Source: Gemmatimonas sp.
GTDB lineage: Bacteria; Gemmatimonadota; Gemmatimonadetes; Gemmatimonadales; Gemmatimonadaceae
Direction: 5' to 3'
DNA: 64,000 nucleotides
NCBI GenBank assembly: GCA_965279375.1
Contig: OZ257156.1
Location: forward strand, 864,001 to 928,000
Made by a program: the position numbers and the translations under genes. Position 1 is the stretch's first letter. Every line of letters begins with the position of its first letter. Below, piece by piece: positions 30,850 through 41,085 of this stretch. The notes under the pieces were generated by a model. It saw nothing but the letters and a program-made list of their open reading frames with translations. It had not been told where the DNA came from and ran no database searches.

Positions 30850-31466
30850 GGCGTTTGCGAAAGCGAGCGCGCAGTCGTGCGCACCGAAACGATGGAGTCG
30901 GCGAGCTTGCGCGCCGATTGATACGAACGCCCTTCCGGGCGCCACGTGGTCAGGCTGTCCGACCCACGATAGCCGAAGCGCAGGCCGTTACACACCGCCC
31001 ACCCACCGTCGTCGTCAGGAACGAGATCCCACTCGAGCACGGCTCGGGCCACTCGCTCCCGCGCCACAAACCGATCGGTCGCACGCCGATCCACATCCTG
31101 TTCTGCCACCGTCACCACTTCGGCCCGCCCCACGATGGTCCCCTCGCGCAGCTCGAACGGGTGCAGCGTGAAATCGGCCAGCAGCATCGACGGAAACGAC
31201 GGCGCACCGGACTCCCCACATGCCGCATCGGCGGCCGGCGGCAGCGCGTCACTGGTCGCATTCGACTCGCGCGACGCCGTGAGCCACGCCGCCAGCGCGG
31301 TTTCTGCCGCACGTAGCACGGCACTGTCAGCACGCGCTACGTCGGCTACCTCGGTCTTGGATGCACGCCCAACGTCCGCGACAGCCGAATGCTCCGCGGC
31401 CTCACCACCGGCGGTGCACGCGGCAAGGCACATCAGCATCGCCCCGGCGGCAGGACGACGGGTCAT
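30846..31466 (-). CDS. Hypothetical lipoprotein
   Basis: LAAC lipobox; ATGA overlap with the downstream gene. Confidence 0.65.
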   Translation of the reverse strand: MTRRPAAGAMLMCLAACTAGGEAAEHSAVADVGRASKTEVADVARADSAVLRAAETALAAWLTASRESNATSDALPPAADAACGESGAPSFPSMLLADFTLHPFELREGTIVGRAEVVTVAEQDVDRRATDRFVARERVARAVLEWDLVPDDDGGWAVCNGLRFGYRGSDSLTTWRPEGRSYQSARKLADSIVSVRTTARSLSQTP

Positions 31467-31618
31467 CGGACGAATGGGAGGGAGGACACCCACGCAACAT
31501 GCACCCAAGCCAGCCAAGGCGGGAGCGTCTACCTTCCCGGGAGCGTTACTTCCCAGTCCAGCGCTCCCAGCATCACCATCGACTCAGCCCGGAGTTCCGC
31601 GTCGTGTCACGTCAGGCC

Positions 31619-33283
31619 GTGCCGTCAGACATCGAAATCGCCCAGCAGGCGCAGATGCGCCCCATCGTGGACGTCGCCGCCGACTTGGGTCTCGGTGCCG
31701 ACGACATCGATCTCTACGGCCGATTCAAGGCGAAGCTGCCACTCGAACTCGCCACACGGCCAGCGCGCGGCCGTCTGGTGCTCGTCACCGCGATCAATCC
31801 CACGCCAGCCGGCGAAGGCAAGAGCACGGTGAGCGTCGGCCTGGCGCAAGCGCTGCGACGCATCGGCACGAACGCGATTCTCTGCATGCGCGAGCCGAGT
31901 CTGGGGCCGGTGTTTGGCGTGAAGGGCGGCGCGGCGGGCGGCGGCTACTCGCAGGTGCTGCCGATGGATGACATCAACCTGCACTTCACGGGTGACTTCC
32001 ACGCGATCTCGAGTGCGCACGCGCTGCTCTCCGCGCTGCTCGACAATCATCTGCATCACGGCAACGCGCTCGGTATCGACACGAAGCGCATCACATGGCC
32101 ACGCACGATCGACATGAACGATCGCGCGTTGCGAAGCGCGGTGATTGCATTGGGCACAGGCAACGGTGCCACGCGTGAAGAGCGCTGGGTGATCATCCCG
32201 GCCAGTGAAGTCATGGCGATTCTTTCGTTGGCCAGCGACGCGGCCGATCTCGAGCGCCGTCTTGGCGACATTCTCGTTGGTGCGACGGCCGGCGCGGGTC
32301 GTACGCCGGTGCGTGCGCGCGATCTCAAGGCGACGGGTGCGATGTCGCTGCTGCTGAAAGACGCGCTACGCCCCAACCTCGTGCAGACGCTGGAAGGCGG
32401 CCCCGCACTCATTCATTGCGGCCCGTTCGGCAACATTGCGCACGGTTGCAACAGTCTGGTGGCCACGCGCACGGCGCTGGCCTTGGGTGATGTCGTCGTG
32501 ACGGAAGCCGGCTTCGGTTCCGACTTGGGCGCGGAGAAATTCTTCGATATCAAGTGTCGCGCGGGCGGACTCAATCCCGAAGCCGCGGTGTTGGTCGCCA
32601 CGGTGCGCTCGCTCAAGATGCAGGGCGGCGCGCCAAAGTCGGCACTCGACAAGGAAGACCTGGGCGCGCTCGAGCGCGGGCTCGCGCATCTCGACCATCA
32701 CATCGCCAACGTGCGGCAGTTTGGTGTGCCGGTGGTAGTAGCGATCAATCGTCGACTGAGCGATACGGACGCCGAACTGCAGATGGTCGCCGCGCAGGCC
32801 GCGCGCACCAACACGCCCGTGGCGCTGTGCAACGTGTGGGCGGACGGCGGAGAGGGCGGCGAAGCACTCGCGCGCGAGGTGCTCGCACTGCTCGACGGCA
32901 AAACGGCATCGTTCCGTCCACTCTACGACGCGTCGCTTCCCATTCGCGAGAAGATCAACACCATCGCGACCAAAGTGTACGGCGCCGACGGCGTGGACAT
33001 CGCACCAAGTGCCGCGCGCGCAATCGACTATCTGGAATCGATCGGCATGGGCAACACGCCGGTGTGCATGGCCAAGACACAGTACTCACTCAGCGACGAC
33101 GCAACGAAGCTGGGCACACCGCGCGGCTTCCGCATCTCCATCAACGAAGTGTACGGCTCGGCGGGCGCTGGCTTCGTGGTGGCCAAGGCGGGTGACATCA
33201 TGACGATGCCCGGCTTGGGCAAGGAGCCGGCTGCGGAAAAGATGCGCCTGCGGCCCGATGGCACGATCGAGGGGTTGTCGTAG
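31619..33283 (+). CDS. fhs: Formate--tetrahydrofolate ligase
   Basis: SDIEIAQ, TPAGEGKST, GPVFGVKGGAAGGGY, CMAKTQYS; start 31604 or 31619. Confidence 0.97.
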   Translation: MPSDIEIAQQAQMRPIVDVAADLGLGADDIDLYGRFKAKLPLELATRPARGRLVLVTAINPTPAGEGKSTVSVGLAQALRRIGTNAILCMREPSLGPVFGVKGGAAGGGYSQVLPMDDINLHFTGDFHAISSAHALLSALLDNHLHHGNALGIDTKRITWPRTIDMNDRALRSAVIALGTGNGATREERWVIIPASEVMAILSLASDAADLERRLGDILVGATAGAGRTPVRARDLKATGAMSLLLKDALRPNLVQTLEGGPALIHCGPFGNIAHGCNSLVATRTALALGDVVVTEAGFGSDLGAEKFFDIKCRAGGLNPEAAVLVATVRSLKMQGGAPKSALDKEDLGALERGLAHLDHHIANVRQFGVPVVVAINRRLSDTDAELQMVAAQAARTNTPVALCNVWADGGEGGEALAREVLALLDGKTASFRPLYDASLPIREKINTIATKVYGADGVDIAPSAARAIDYLESIGMGNTPVCMAKTQYSLSDDATKLGTPRGFRISINEVYGSAGAGFVVAKAGDIMTMPGLGKEPAAEKMRLRPDGTIEGLS

Positions 33284-33343
33284 CGGCTGCTACAACCGCA
33301 ACGGTGGATTGAACTGCGGATATCAACTCAACGGTTACAGCGT

Positions 33344-33453
33344 GTCACGGATACGAACAGAATTGAAAACGGATGAACGGGGAGACTGCGGAATACCAAG
33401 CAGTTATCGCTGTATCCCTGTTATCTGATTTTGCTTCTGTTCTTATCCGTGAC
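33344..33453. repeat. Intergenic inverted-repeat element
   Basis: gtcacggatacgaacagaa (33344-33362) and ttctgttcttatccgtgac (33435-33453) are complementary at 18/19 positions. Confidence 0.75.
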
Positions 33454-33513
33454 CAAAGAGTTGTAGTTATCCCTTGGTCTGACTAACGCGCGGATGCGGC
33501 CGAGCAGGCAGCT

Positions 33514-34134
33514 CTATGTGCGTTCGTCCACCACAATCCCCGCCTGCCCACGCGTCAAGTCCAGCAACGCTTGACGTAGCGCATCCACGCGCTCCAGTGG
33601 GCAACGCAACGCGAATTGCACGTCGGCGGCGTACGTCTCATCCAGTACGTCCACCTCGTGTACAGGCCACAGCAACTGACACGCCGTGATGTGCGAGTAG
33701 CTCACAGTCACCTGCAGCGTGGCGTATTCGCGGTACTCACCGCGTGGCATCTCCAGTAGCGCCTGTTGCACCGATTGACTGTATGCCTTCACCAGTCCAC
33801 CAGTCCCAAGCTTCACACCGCCAAACCAGCGCGACACCACGGCCACCACATCGCCAACGCCGCTGTGCAGCAGCACGGTGAGCATCGGTCGCCCCGCAGT
33901 GCCATGCGGTTCGCCGTCGTCGCTCATGCCGATGCGATCGGTGCTTCCCGGCGGGCCGATCACGAACGCCCAGCAGTGATGCGTCGCATCGGGGAACTCC
34001 GCGTTCAATGCATGGATGAACGCGTGCGCCTCGTCGGCGGAACTCGCTGGCGCGATCGTGCAGAGAAACCGGCTCCGGTCGATCACGATCTCTGCGCGAT
34101 GACGCGCACCCGGAATCGCGTATCGCGGGCTCAC
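33514..34134 (-). CDS. yigZ: YigZ / IMPACT family protein
   Basis: SRF, ATHHCWA, SDDGEPHGTAGRPML, RWFGGVKLGTGGL. Confidence 0.9.
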   Translation of the reverse strand: MSPRYAIPGARHRAEIVIDRSRFLCTIAPASSADEAHAFIHALNAEFPDATHHCWAFVIGPPGSTDRIGMSDDGEPHGTAGRPMLTVLLHSGVGDVVAVVSRWFGGVKLGTGGLVKAYSQSVQQALLEMPRGEYREYATLQVTVSYSHITACQLLWPVHEVDVLDETYAADVQFALRCPLERVDALRQALLDLTRGQAGIVVDERT

Positions 34135-34138
34135 GGCG

Positions 34139-34453
34139 TCACAGGTCGTCGTCTTCCCAGTGAAAGACGCGCAGCACGTGATGAAAGACCGGCGTGAGCA
34201 ACAACCCACCCGCAATCAGAAAGACGAGCCCCGAGTACAGTGCGAAGAACGACGCGAACAGCTTGCCGTCGGTACTGACCTTGGTCAGATCACCGACCGG
34301 CCCCATGCCACCGAGCAACATGGACGCGTTCAGGAACGCATCCACGGCGTGCTGATCGCAGAACTCCATGAAGCCGAGGGTGCCGAGCACCAGCGACCCG
34401 CACATGACCGCGAGCGTGTAGCCCAGGTGACGCAGCAGTCTGAAGGCGAACAT
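34139..34453 (-). CDS. Small two-TM membrane protein (channel pore-like)
   Basis: DAFLNASMLLGGMGPV..GKLFASFFALYSG. Confidence 0.75.
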   Translation of the reverse strand: MFAFRLLRHLGYTLAVMCGSLVLGTLGFMEFCDQHAVDAFLNASMLLGGMGPVGDLTKVSTDGKLFASFFALYSGLVFLIAGGLLLTPVFHHVLRVFHWEDDDL

Positions 34454-34484
34454 CCGCGGCGAGAGCGGCCGCGGACCTCGCCTT

Positions 34485-35927
34485 CTATCGACCACCACCG
34501 CTGCTCGGACGACCACCACCACTGCGGCCGCCGCTCGCACCGCCGCTCGCACCGCCGCCGCTCCGGCCACCACCTGACGGCTTCGCACCGCTTGGTCGTC
34601 CACCGCCGGCAGAGCGGCCACCACCGCCGCCGCCCGCGCGCGGCGGAGCACTCCGCGGTGCAGCACCTGCGCTCTCACGACGCGCGGCCTTGGCTGCGGA
34701 CCGTGCACGATCTTCCGCCTTCTTGCGCTTGATCTCCGCGATACGCTCGGCGAGCGGCACTTCCAGCTTGCCCGCCGGACGCGCCGCGTAGTCGAAGCCC
34801 GGCACCGTCACACGCGGCAGCTGACGACCAATCGCCTTCTCGATCTGCTTCAACTCGCCTTCTTCTTCCGGCGAGACGAAGGTGAACGCCTCACCCGTGC
34901 TTTCAGCGCGCGCCGTCCGACCCACGCGGTGGATGTAGTCTTCCGACGCCACCGGCACGTCGAAGTTGACCACGTGACCGAGTGCTTCGACGTCGATGCC
35001 GCGGGCAGCGATGTCCGTCGCCACGAGCACCTGATACGTGCCGTCCTTGAAGCCCGCCAACGCCAGCGTGCGCTGCGACTGCGAACGGTTGCCGTGAATG
35101 CGCTCCGCCTTGATGCCGTGCGTGACCAGCTGCGACGCGAGACGGTTGGCGCGATGCTTCGTGCGCGTGAACACCAGCGCCTGCGGCATGTCGCCACGCT
35201 TGAGCAGTTCGATCAGCAGCGCGCTCTTGAGATCCTGCGAGACGGGATAAATCGCCTGCGTGATCCCCACCGCCGGCGCCGCCTTGCGCTGCAGGTTGAG
35301 CGTGACCGGCTGCGACAGCATCTCCTTGGTCAGCGCGGCAATCGGCGCCGGCATCGTCGCGCTGAAGAACAGCGTCTGCCGCTTTCTCGCGGGCAGGTGA
35401 CGCAGGATCTTCTTGATCTCGGGGAGGAAACCCATGTCGAGCATGCGATCCGCTTCGTCGAGCACGAGATACTCGAGGTGATCGAGCTTCGCGTACGGCG
35501 AGCGGAAATGATCGAGCAGACGACCCGGCGTCGCGACCATCACGTCGACGCCCGTGCGGAACGCGTGCTCCTGCGGCCCCATCCCTACGCCACCAAATAT
35601 CGCAGCGCCCGTCAGCGGCGTGTGCACCGCGACGTCGTTGAGGCTTTCGAGGATCTGTGCGGCCAGTTCACGCGTGGGCGTCAGCACGAGCGCGCGCGTG
35701 ACACCGCGCGGCTTCTCGAGGAGCTGATGCATGATCGGCAACAGGAACGCGTACGTCTTGCCGCTGCCCGTCATCGCGCACGCCAGCACGTCGCGCCCTT
35801 CGAGGGCGGGCGGGATGGCCTCGCTCTGAATCGGCGTCGGACGAAGGAATCCGAGCTCCTTGAGGCCGCTTTGGAGGCTCGGATGCAGCTGCAGGCTGGT
35901 GAATGAGACGGGTGCGGTCAGGGTCAG
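34485..35927 (-). CDS. DEAD-box RNA helicase, RhlE-like, with probable non-canonical CTG start
   Basis: Q motif F..L.L..GF..PTPIQ lies upstream of the first GTG (35789); TGSGKT, DEAD, HRVGRT; Gly/Arg-rich tail. Confidence 0.9.
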   Translation of the reverse strand: MTLTAPVSFTSLQLHPSLQSGLKELGFLRPTPIQSEAIPPALEGRDVLACAMTGSGKTYAFLLPIMHQLLEKPRGVTRALVLTPTRELAAQILESLNDVAVHTPLTGAAIFGGVGMGPQEHAFRTGVDVMVATPGRLLDHFRSPYAKLDHLEYLVLDEADRMLDMGFLPEIKKILRHLPARKRQTLFFSATMPAPIAALTKEMLSQPVTLNLQRKAAPAVGITQAIYPVSQDLKSALLIELLKRGDMPQALVFTRTKHRANRLASQLVTHGIKAERIHGNRSQSQRTLALAGFKDGTYQVLVATDIAARGIDVEALGHVVNFDVPVASEDYIHRVGRTARAESTGEAFTFVSPEEEGELKQIEKAIGRQLPRVTVPGFDYAARPAGKLEVPLAERIAEIKRKKAEDRARSAAKAARRESAGAAPRSAPPRAGGGGGGRSAGGGRPSGAKPSGGGRSGGGASGGASGGRSGGGRPSSGGGR

Positions 35928-37744
35928 GTCCGGACAGGGGTGACAGTCGTGAAGTCTTCACCAGGGTTGATGAAGCGATCGCTTTCGAGATGGTACTGGC
36001 GGTCGTACAGGTCGCGGTAGCGTCCACTCAACGCCATCAGCTCGGCGTGAGTGCCCCGCTCGACGATCTGCCCATGTTCCAGCACCAGAATCTGGTCGGC
36101 CGAGGTGATCGTGGAGAGCCGGTGCGCGATCACGAACGTGGTGCGTCCAGCGCGCAGGCGGCGGAGCCCTTCCTGAATGAGCTGCTCGCTCTCGCTGTCG
36201 AGGCTGGAGGTCGCTTCGTCGAGAATGAGAATGCGCGGGTCGGCAAGAATTGCGCGCGCGATCGCCACGCGCTGCCGCTGTCCGCCGGAAAGCTTCACGC
36301 CGCGCTCGCCCACGATCGTGTCGTACTGCTGCGGGAAGCCCTGAATGAACTCGTCCGCATTCGCGATGAGCGAGACCTCACGAATCTGGTCGTCCGTGGC
36401 GCCAGGCTTGGTGAAGGAGATGTTCTCCTTGACCGTGCCATCGAACAAGAAGTTGTCCTGCATGACCACGCCCAAGTGACGGCGATACTCGTGCAGCTTG
36501 AGGTCGGAGAGCGGCTTCCCATCAATGAGAATGCGCCCCTGCTGCGGCTGCGCGAAGGCCATGATCAGCGAGATCATCGTGCTCTTGCCCGAGCCGCTCG
36601 AACCCACCAGCGCCGTCGTCGTGCCGGCCGGCGCGGTGAAGTTCACGCCCTTGAGCACGGGCACATCCTTCTCGTACTCGAAGACCACGTTCTCGAACTG
36701 CACGTCGCCGTTCACCACGGGGACGGTCTGACGTGACGCGTCTTCCTGATCTTCCGTCGCCATGTCGCGCAGTTCGCGAATGCGATCGAGCCCCGCAAAC
36801 GCTTCCGTCAGCTGCGTGCCGATGTTCGCGATCTGGATCAGCGGCAGCGTGACGAGTCCGATGAAAAACACGTACATGATCAGGTCGCCCAACGTCATCG
36901 TTCTGTTGAGCACCGCCTTGCCACCCACCGCCATCACCAGCACACCCACCATGCCAACGACAGCCGTGGACAGCGCCGTCGTCGCCGAGGTGCCCGTGAT
37001 GGTGGCCGCGATGTTCCTGAAGAGGCGATTGGTGCCGTCGGCGAAGACTTTCTGCTCGCGCGCTTCGGCCGTGTAGACCTTGATCAGACGAATGCCGCCG
37101 ATCGTTTCCGTGAGGCGCCCAGTCACGTCGGCGGTGATCACACTCCGCTCGCGGAAGATCGGGCGCAGCTTCTTGAACGCCGTCGCCATCCCGACGCCGA
37201 AGATCACGAGAAAGACCATCGTCGCGACGGTCAGCTGCCAGTTGAGCCAGAAGAGCACGCCCAGTCCGACAGTTGCGGTGAGCAGGCCACCCACCATCTG
37301 AATGAGACCGGTGCCGATCAGATTGCGAATGCCTTCCGGATCATTCATCACGCGGGCCACCAGCACGCCGCTCTTGGTGCTGTCGAAAAACCGCACCGGC
37401 AGGCGGATCAGGTGGGCTTGTACTTCACTGCGCAGATTGGCGATCGCTTGCTGCGCCGCGACGCTCACCACCTGCGAGAGCGAGTACGATGTGATCGACT
37501 GAATCAGCGTCGCCACACCCACCGCGATCACGATTGGCATGAGCAGCGAGAAGTCCTGCTTGGTGAGCACATTGTCGATCAGCCACTTGGAGCTGGCGGG
37601 CAGCACCAACCCGGCCGCACGGCTCAGCACCATGAGCGCCAATCCGATGGAGACGGAGCGACGGTGTGTCCAGATGAGCGCGCGAGCTTCCGCCCAGGCG
37701 CGCTTCGTGTCGTACTTGGGCTTCTTTGGGGGCGTAGGGACCAT
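35924..37744 (-). CDS. ABC exporter with fused TM and ATPase domains (MsbA-like)
   Basis: GSSGSGKS, LSGGQRQR, ILDEATS, IAHRLST. Confidence 0.95.
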   Translation of the reverse strand: MVPTPPKKPKYDTKRAWAEARALIWTHRRSVSIGLALMVLSRAAGLVLPASSKWLIDNVLTKQDFSLLMPIVIAVGVATLIQSITSYSLSQVVSVAAQQAIANLRSEVQAHLIRLPVRFFDSTKSGVLVARVMNDPEGIRNLIGTGLIQMVGGLLTATVGLGVLFWLNWQLTVATMVFLVIFGVGMATAFKKLRPIFRERSVITADVTGRLTETIGGIRLIKVYTAEAREQKVFADGTNRLFRNIAATITGTSATTALSTAVVGMVGVLVMAVGGKAVLNRTMTLGDLIMYVFFIGLVTLPLIQIANIGTQLTEAFAGLDRIRELRDMATEDQEDASRQTVPVVNGDVQFENVVFEYEKDVPVLKGVNFTAPAGTTTALVGSSGSGKSTMISLIMAFAQPQQGRILIDGKPLSDLKLHEYRRHLGVVMQDNFLFDGTVKENISFTKPGATDDQIREVSLIANADEFIQGFPQQYDTIVGERGVKLSGGQRQRVAIARAILADPRILILDEATSSLDSESEQLIQEGLRRLRAGRTTFVIAHRLSTITSADQILVLEHGQIVERGTHAELMALSGRYRDLYDRQYHLESDRFINPGEDFTTVTPVRT

Positions 37745-37821
37745 GTCGGAACTTACCACCTTTGAGTGGTCGCGTGTCGGACCAGCTCGCCCGACACGTT
37801 TACGCCACCGCTATGTCACTG

Positions 37822-38808
37822 CTATGCCGACGCCGCGACCAGCGCTTCGATCCTCTTGCGCATCGCTTCGTCGGGGAGCGCGCCGCGCGCCGCGCCCTGA
37901 TTGTCCTGCAGATACGCCATCGTGGCGGTACCGGGAATGACACAGGTCACCGCCGGGTTGGACAGGATGTACTTGAGGAAGACCTGTGCCCACGTCGTGG
38001 CCTCGAACTCCTTGGTCCACTCGGGCACCGGCTTCCCCAGCACGTTCTGAAAGACGCGACTGCGCCCGAAGGGCAGGTTGATCAGCACGCCGATCCCCTT
38101 GTCCCGGGCCAGCGGCAGGATGCGATCGGCCGCTTCTCGATTATCCACGGCGTAGTCCACCTGGATGAAGTCCAGCGTCTCCTTCTGCATCAGCTGCTCG
38201 AGTGCGGCATACTGCCGCTCGCTCGACGTCGTCACGCCGATGTATCGAATCTTCTTCGCCTGTTTCATGTCGCGCAGCACGGGCAACAGCGTCTCGGTGC
38301 CGCCGAGGTTCCACACCTGCATGAGATCCACGCGATTGGTCTTGAGCCGCGCGAACGACTCCTCCATCTGCTTGATCCCTTCGGCCGCGTCCGTTCCGCG
38401 CACCGACACCTTGGTCGCCAGGAAGAGCTTGTCCCTGTTCCCCGCCTTGGCCACCAGTTCGCCCACCACACCCTCGGCGGCCCCATAACTGGGCGCCGTA
38501 TCGATCAGCTTTCCGCCCAGCTCCGGCAGCTTTCGCAACACATCGAGCAGCGGTGCCTTGGCCTCTTCTGTGGTCACGTCGTAGCGCCGTGCCGTGCCGA
38601 TCCCGATCGCGGGGAGCTTTTCGCCGCTGCTTGGGATGGTGCGCAGAATGAGCGGTCCAGACTGTGCGGTCAGACGAGACAGTGGAAGCAGCGGTGTCAG
38701 AGCGAGCCCGAGTCCTGCGCCAATGCCGAGCTGCAGCGCATCGCGCCGTGTCACGGTGCGGTGGAGCAGACTGCTGTGTGCCGGAGAGGAGGTCCGAGGG
38801 TCTGTCAC
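37822..38808 (-). CDS. Aldo/keto reductase with Tat signal
   Basis: TRRDAL; IGIGT, IDTAPSYG, FLATKV. Confidence 0.9.
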   Translation of the reverse strand: MTDPRTSSPAHSSLLHRTVTRRDALQLGIGAGLGLALTPLLPLSRLTAQSGPLILRTIPSSGEKLPAIGIGTARRYDVTTEEAKAPLLDVLRKLPELGGKLIDTAPSYGAAEGVVGELVAKAGNRDKLFLATKVSVRGTDAAEGIKQMEESFARLKTNRVDLMQVWNLGGTETLLPVLRDMKQAKKIRYIGVTTSSERQYAALEQLMQKETLDFIQVDYAVDNREAADRILPLARDKGIGVLINLPFGRSRVFQNVLGKPVPEWTKEFEATTWAQVFLKYILSNPAVTCVIPGTATMAYLQDNQGAARGALPDEAMRKRIEALVAASA

Positions 38809-38995
38809 GGTAGTGGCCCGCTGTCTTGGGTAGAGATTCGCGCGCGAACTCGCGCATTCACCACGAACGCGTGCAAAATACGCGCGACCTGCGCCGAGCG
38901 TTCCGTCTGGGACGCGCGTATCTTTCCAAGGCTGGTCCCCGCTCTCTCCGCGCCGCAGTAGTGGCGCGCGCCCCTCCGCTCGAATCCCCACGGGA

Positions 38996-39964
38996 ATGCA
39001 CATCCCCGATGCAGACTTGCTCGCCAAGGTCGAAGTGCTGGCCGACCTCGAGCCCGATGTCAACGAACTGATGGAAGCGCACGAAGCCAAGCGCATCCTG
39101 TGGTTCCCGAGCGAAGTGCTCGCCCCCGCCCCCGACACCGACCCCGATGAGCATGTTCGCGCTCTTCGCGAACGTGCCAAGGGGATCAGTCTCCCGGGTC
39201 GCGTCTCGCTCGCGCTCAATCTCCTGACGGAAGAAGGACTCCCGCACTTCCATCGCCTGCTCGCCGTGTACTTGGGCAACGAGTCGTTCTGGTCGCGCTG
39301 GACCAATCTCTGGACCGCCGAGGAAGACCGCCACGGCGCGATCCTGCACGACTACATGCACGACAGCCGCATCCTCGACAATCCGATCCTCGAGCGGATG
39401 CAGTTCGAATATCTCAAGGCGGGTTTTGCGCCGGCGTGGGATCGCGACCCGTATCGCGTGTTCGTCTACACCTCGCTGCAGGAGCGCGCCACGCAGGTCA
39501 GCCACGCCAACACCGGCAAGCTGGCCAGCGAGTACGAACCGCTCATCGGCGAAGTGCTCTCGAACGTGGCCAAGGAAGAAGCGCGGCACTACGTCTTCTA
39601 TCGCGAGATTTTCCAGCGCTGCCTCGTGCGCGATCCCAACAACGCACTCGCTTCCGCGGCGCTGATCATGCCGTCGATCGACATGCCCGGCCTCAACATG
39701 CCGCACTTCCGCGAGATGGCCGACGTGGTCCGTCGCGCCGGCATCTACGGGCCTCGTGACTATCTCAAGATTGTCGAAGATCTCATCAAGTTCTGGGCGA
39801 TCGAAAAGCTCGACGGCTTGAACGAGATGGGCCGCAAGGCGCAGGAAAAGATCTGCGCGATTCCCGCGCGCCTCGAGCGCGTCGCCGACATGATGGAGAC
39901 GCGCAGTCGCGCAAAGACCTTCTCGTTTGCCGTGACTTTCCAGCGCGAATTCGCGATGGACTGA
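38996..39964 (+). CDS. Soluble acyl-ACP desaturase (ferritin-like di-iron)
   Basis: NLLTEEGLP, WTAEEDRHG, QERAT, EEARH. Confidence 0.9.
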   Translation: MHIPDADLLAKVEVLADLEPDVNELMEAHEAKRILWFPSEVLAPAPDTDPDEHVRALRERAKGISLPGRVSLALNLLTEEGLPHFHRLLAVYLGNESFWSRWTNLWTAEEDRHGAILHDYMHDSRILDNPILERMQFEYLKAGFAPAWDRDPYRVFVYTSLQERATQVSHANTGKLASEYEPLIGEVLSNVAKEEARHYVFYREIFQRCLVRDPNNALASAALIMPSIDMPGLNMPHFREMADVVRRAGIYGPRDYLKIVEDLIKFWAIEKLDGLNEMGRKAQEKICAIPARLERVADMMETRSRAKTFSFAVTFQREFAMD

Positions 39965-39992
39965 GTGGGGCCGGTGCAGCGGGTGGCGTCTG

Positions 39993-40048
39993 TCGTCACC
40001 CGCTGATCGTCACCCGCTGATCGTCACTCGCTGATCGTCACTCGCTGG
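39993..40048 (+). repeat. Four-copy 14-bp tandem repeat tcgtcacYcgctga
   Basis: Units start at 39993, 40007, 40021 and 40035; near-inverse copy cagcgggtggcg at ~39977-39988. Confidence 0.9.
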
Positions 40049-40174
40049 CAATCACCTGTTCGTCGTCGCGATCGCCGCCGGGCAGGATCCACCCCGATGG
40101 GCGACGCTGAACGCGCATTGCAGCGGCAGGATCTCGCGCGCGACACCAATGCTGCCGCGATTGGCGGCAGCAAC

Positions 40175-40867
40175 TCAAGGCTGGTTGGACGGCTCGACAG
40201 GCGAGCAATCGCCGTACCGCGCCAGATAGTGCCAGACCTTCTTGAGGTCCTGCGGGTGATGACGTTCCGTGCGCACTGCCATTTCAAGGATGTCTGGCGT
40301 GAGCCATCCATCGACCGCAATCGACCGTCCCAGCGCCACGTACTCTGGCCCACGATAACTTGGATGCTGCGCCATCTCGTCGACGTGGAGGCGAAAGCCC
40401 GAGTGCCATTCAAGCTCGCATGGGAGTTGAAGCGCGAGTGCCTCGACCTCGGTATCGCGGAAGCACGGATCGAGGACGAGCGCCTCCACGTCGATCGCAA
40501 AGCGAAGAGGGCCATGCACGTGCGCTTCGATGTAGTCGTCGAGGCGGTCCCGCTGATCCGCGACGGCGAGTTCCATGAGACTCGTTCGCGAAGCCGTACC
40601 GAACGCGGACGGGTCGAAGCAGGAATCGGGAAAGCAAAAAGTGCAGCGCGGCGCGATCTCAGGCCGCAGCCGCAGATGCGCGGAGCCGAAGCGCGGGGCC
40701 GCTCCAGTCGCGCGGCGAGCGTAGTTGAGCGCGCCGACCTTCGGGCGCTCAGTGGCGGGGGCGGCGTCGTACGCGCCGCCGAAGAGACGAGTCTCCCAGT
40801 GCCATCGCTCGCCCCCCGGGTGTGCTGAGAGGCTTCCGTTGCGTTCTGCTGCAGGGCACTTCGACAA
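40175..40867 (-). pseudogene. DUF3626 family protein, 5'-decayed
   Basis: NGSLSAHPGGERW.WETRLFGGAY, GAAPRFGSAH, DDYIEAHVHG; the preceding RSQF motif is in another frame. Confidence 0.65.
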
Positions 40868-41085
40868 ATTGCGACCGGCGATCGGAGCGATTCGCGGAGC
40901 GATTCACGGGCCGCCATCCGGACAGGCGCTGTCTACCGCAACGCAAGGATAGTCGCCAGTGACATGAGCCGCCTTGGTCACTGGCTGCCATGCTGACGGG
41001 TGGGCACGAGACACAGATTCCGCCCGTGCGGCCCGACCGACCATCAGAGTGTATTCCTGCAGCTCGGCGGGTGCCGGTGCGGCCG

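Noticed and set aside
39993..40048. CRISPR array
   Set aside because: Contiguous 14-bp units with no spacers, and no cas genes
40100..40175. Degenerate attC after DUF3626
   Set aside because: Only a short GC hairpin and a weak ctgaac motif; insufficient support
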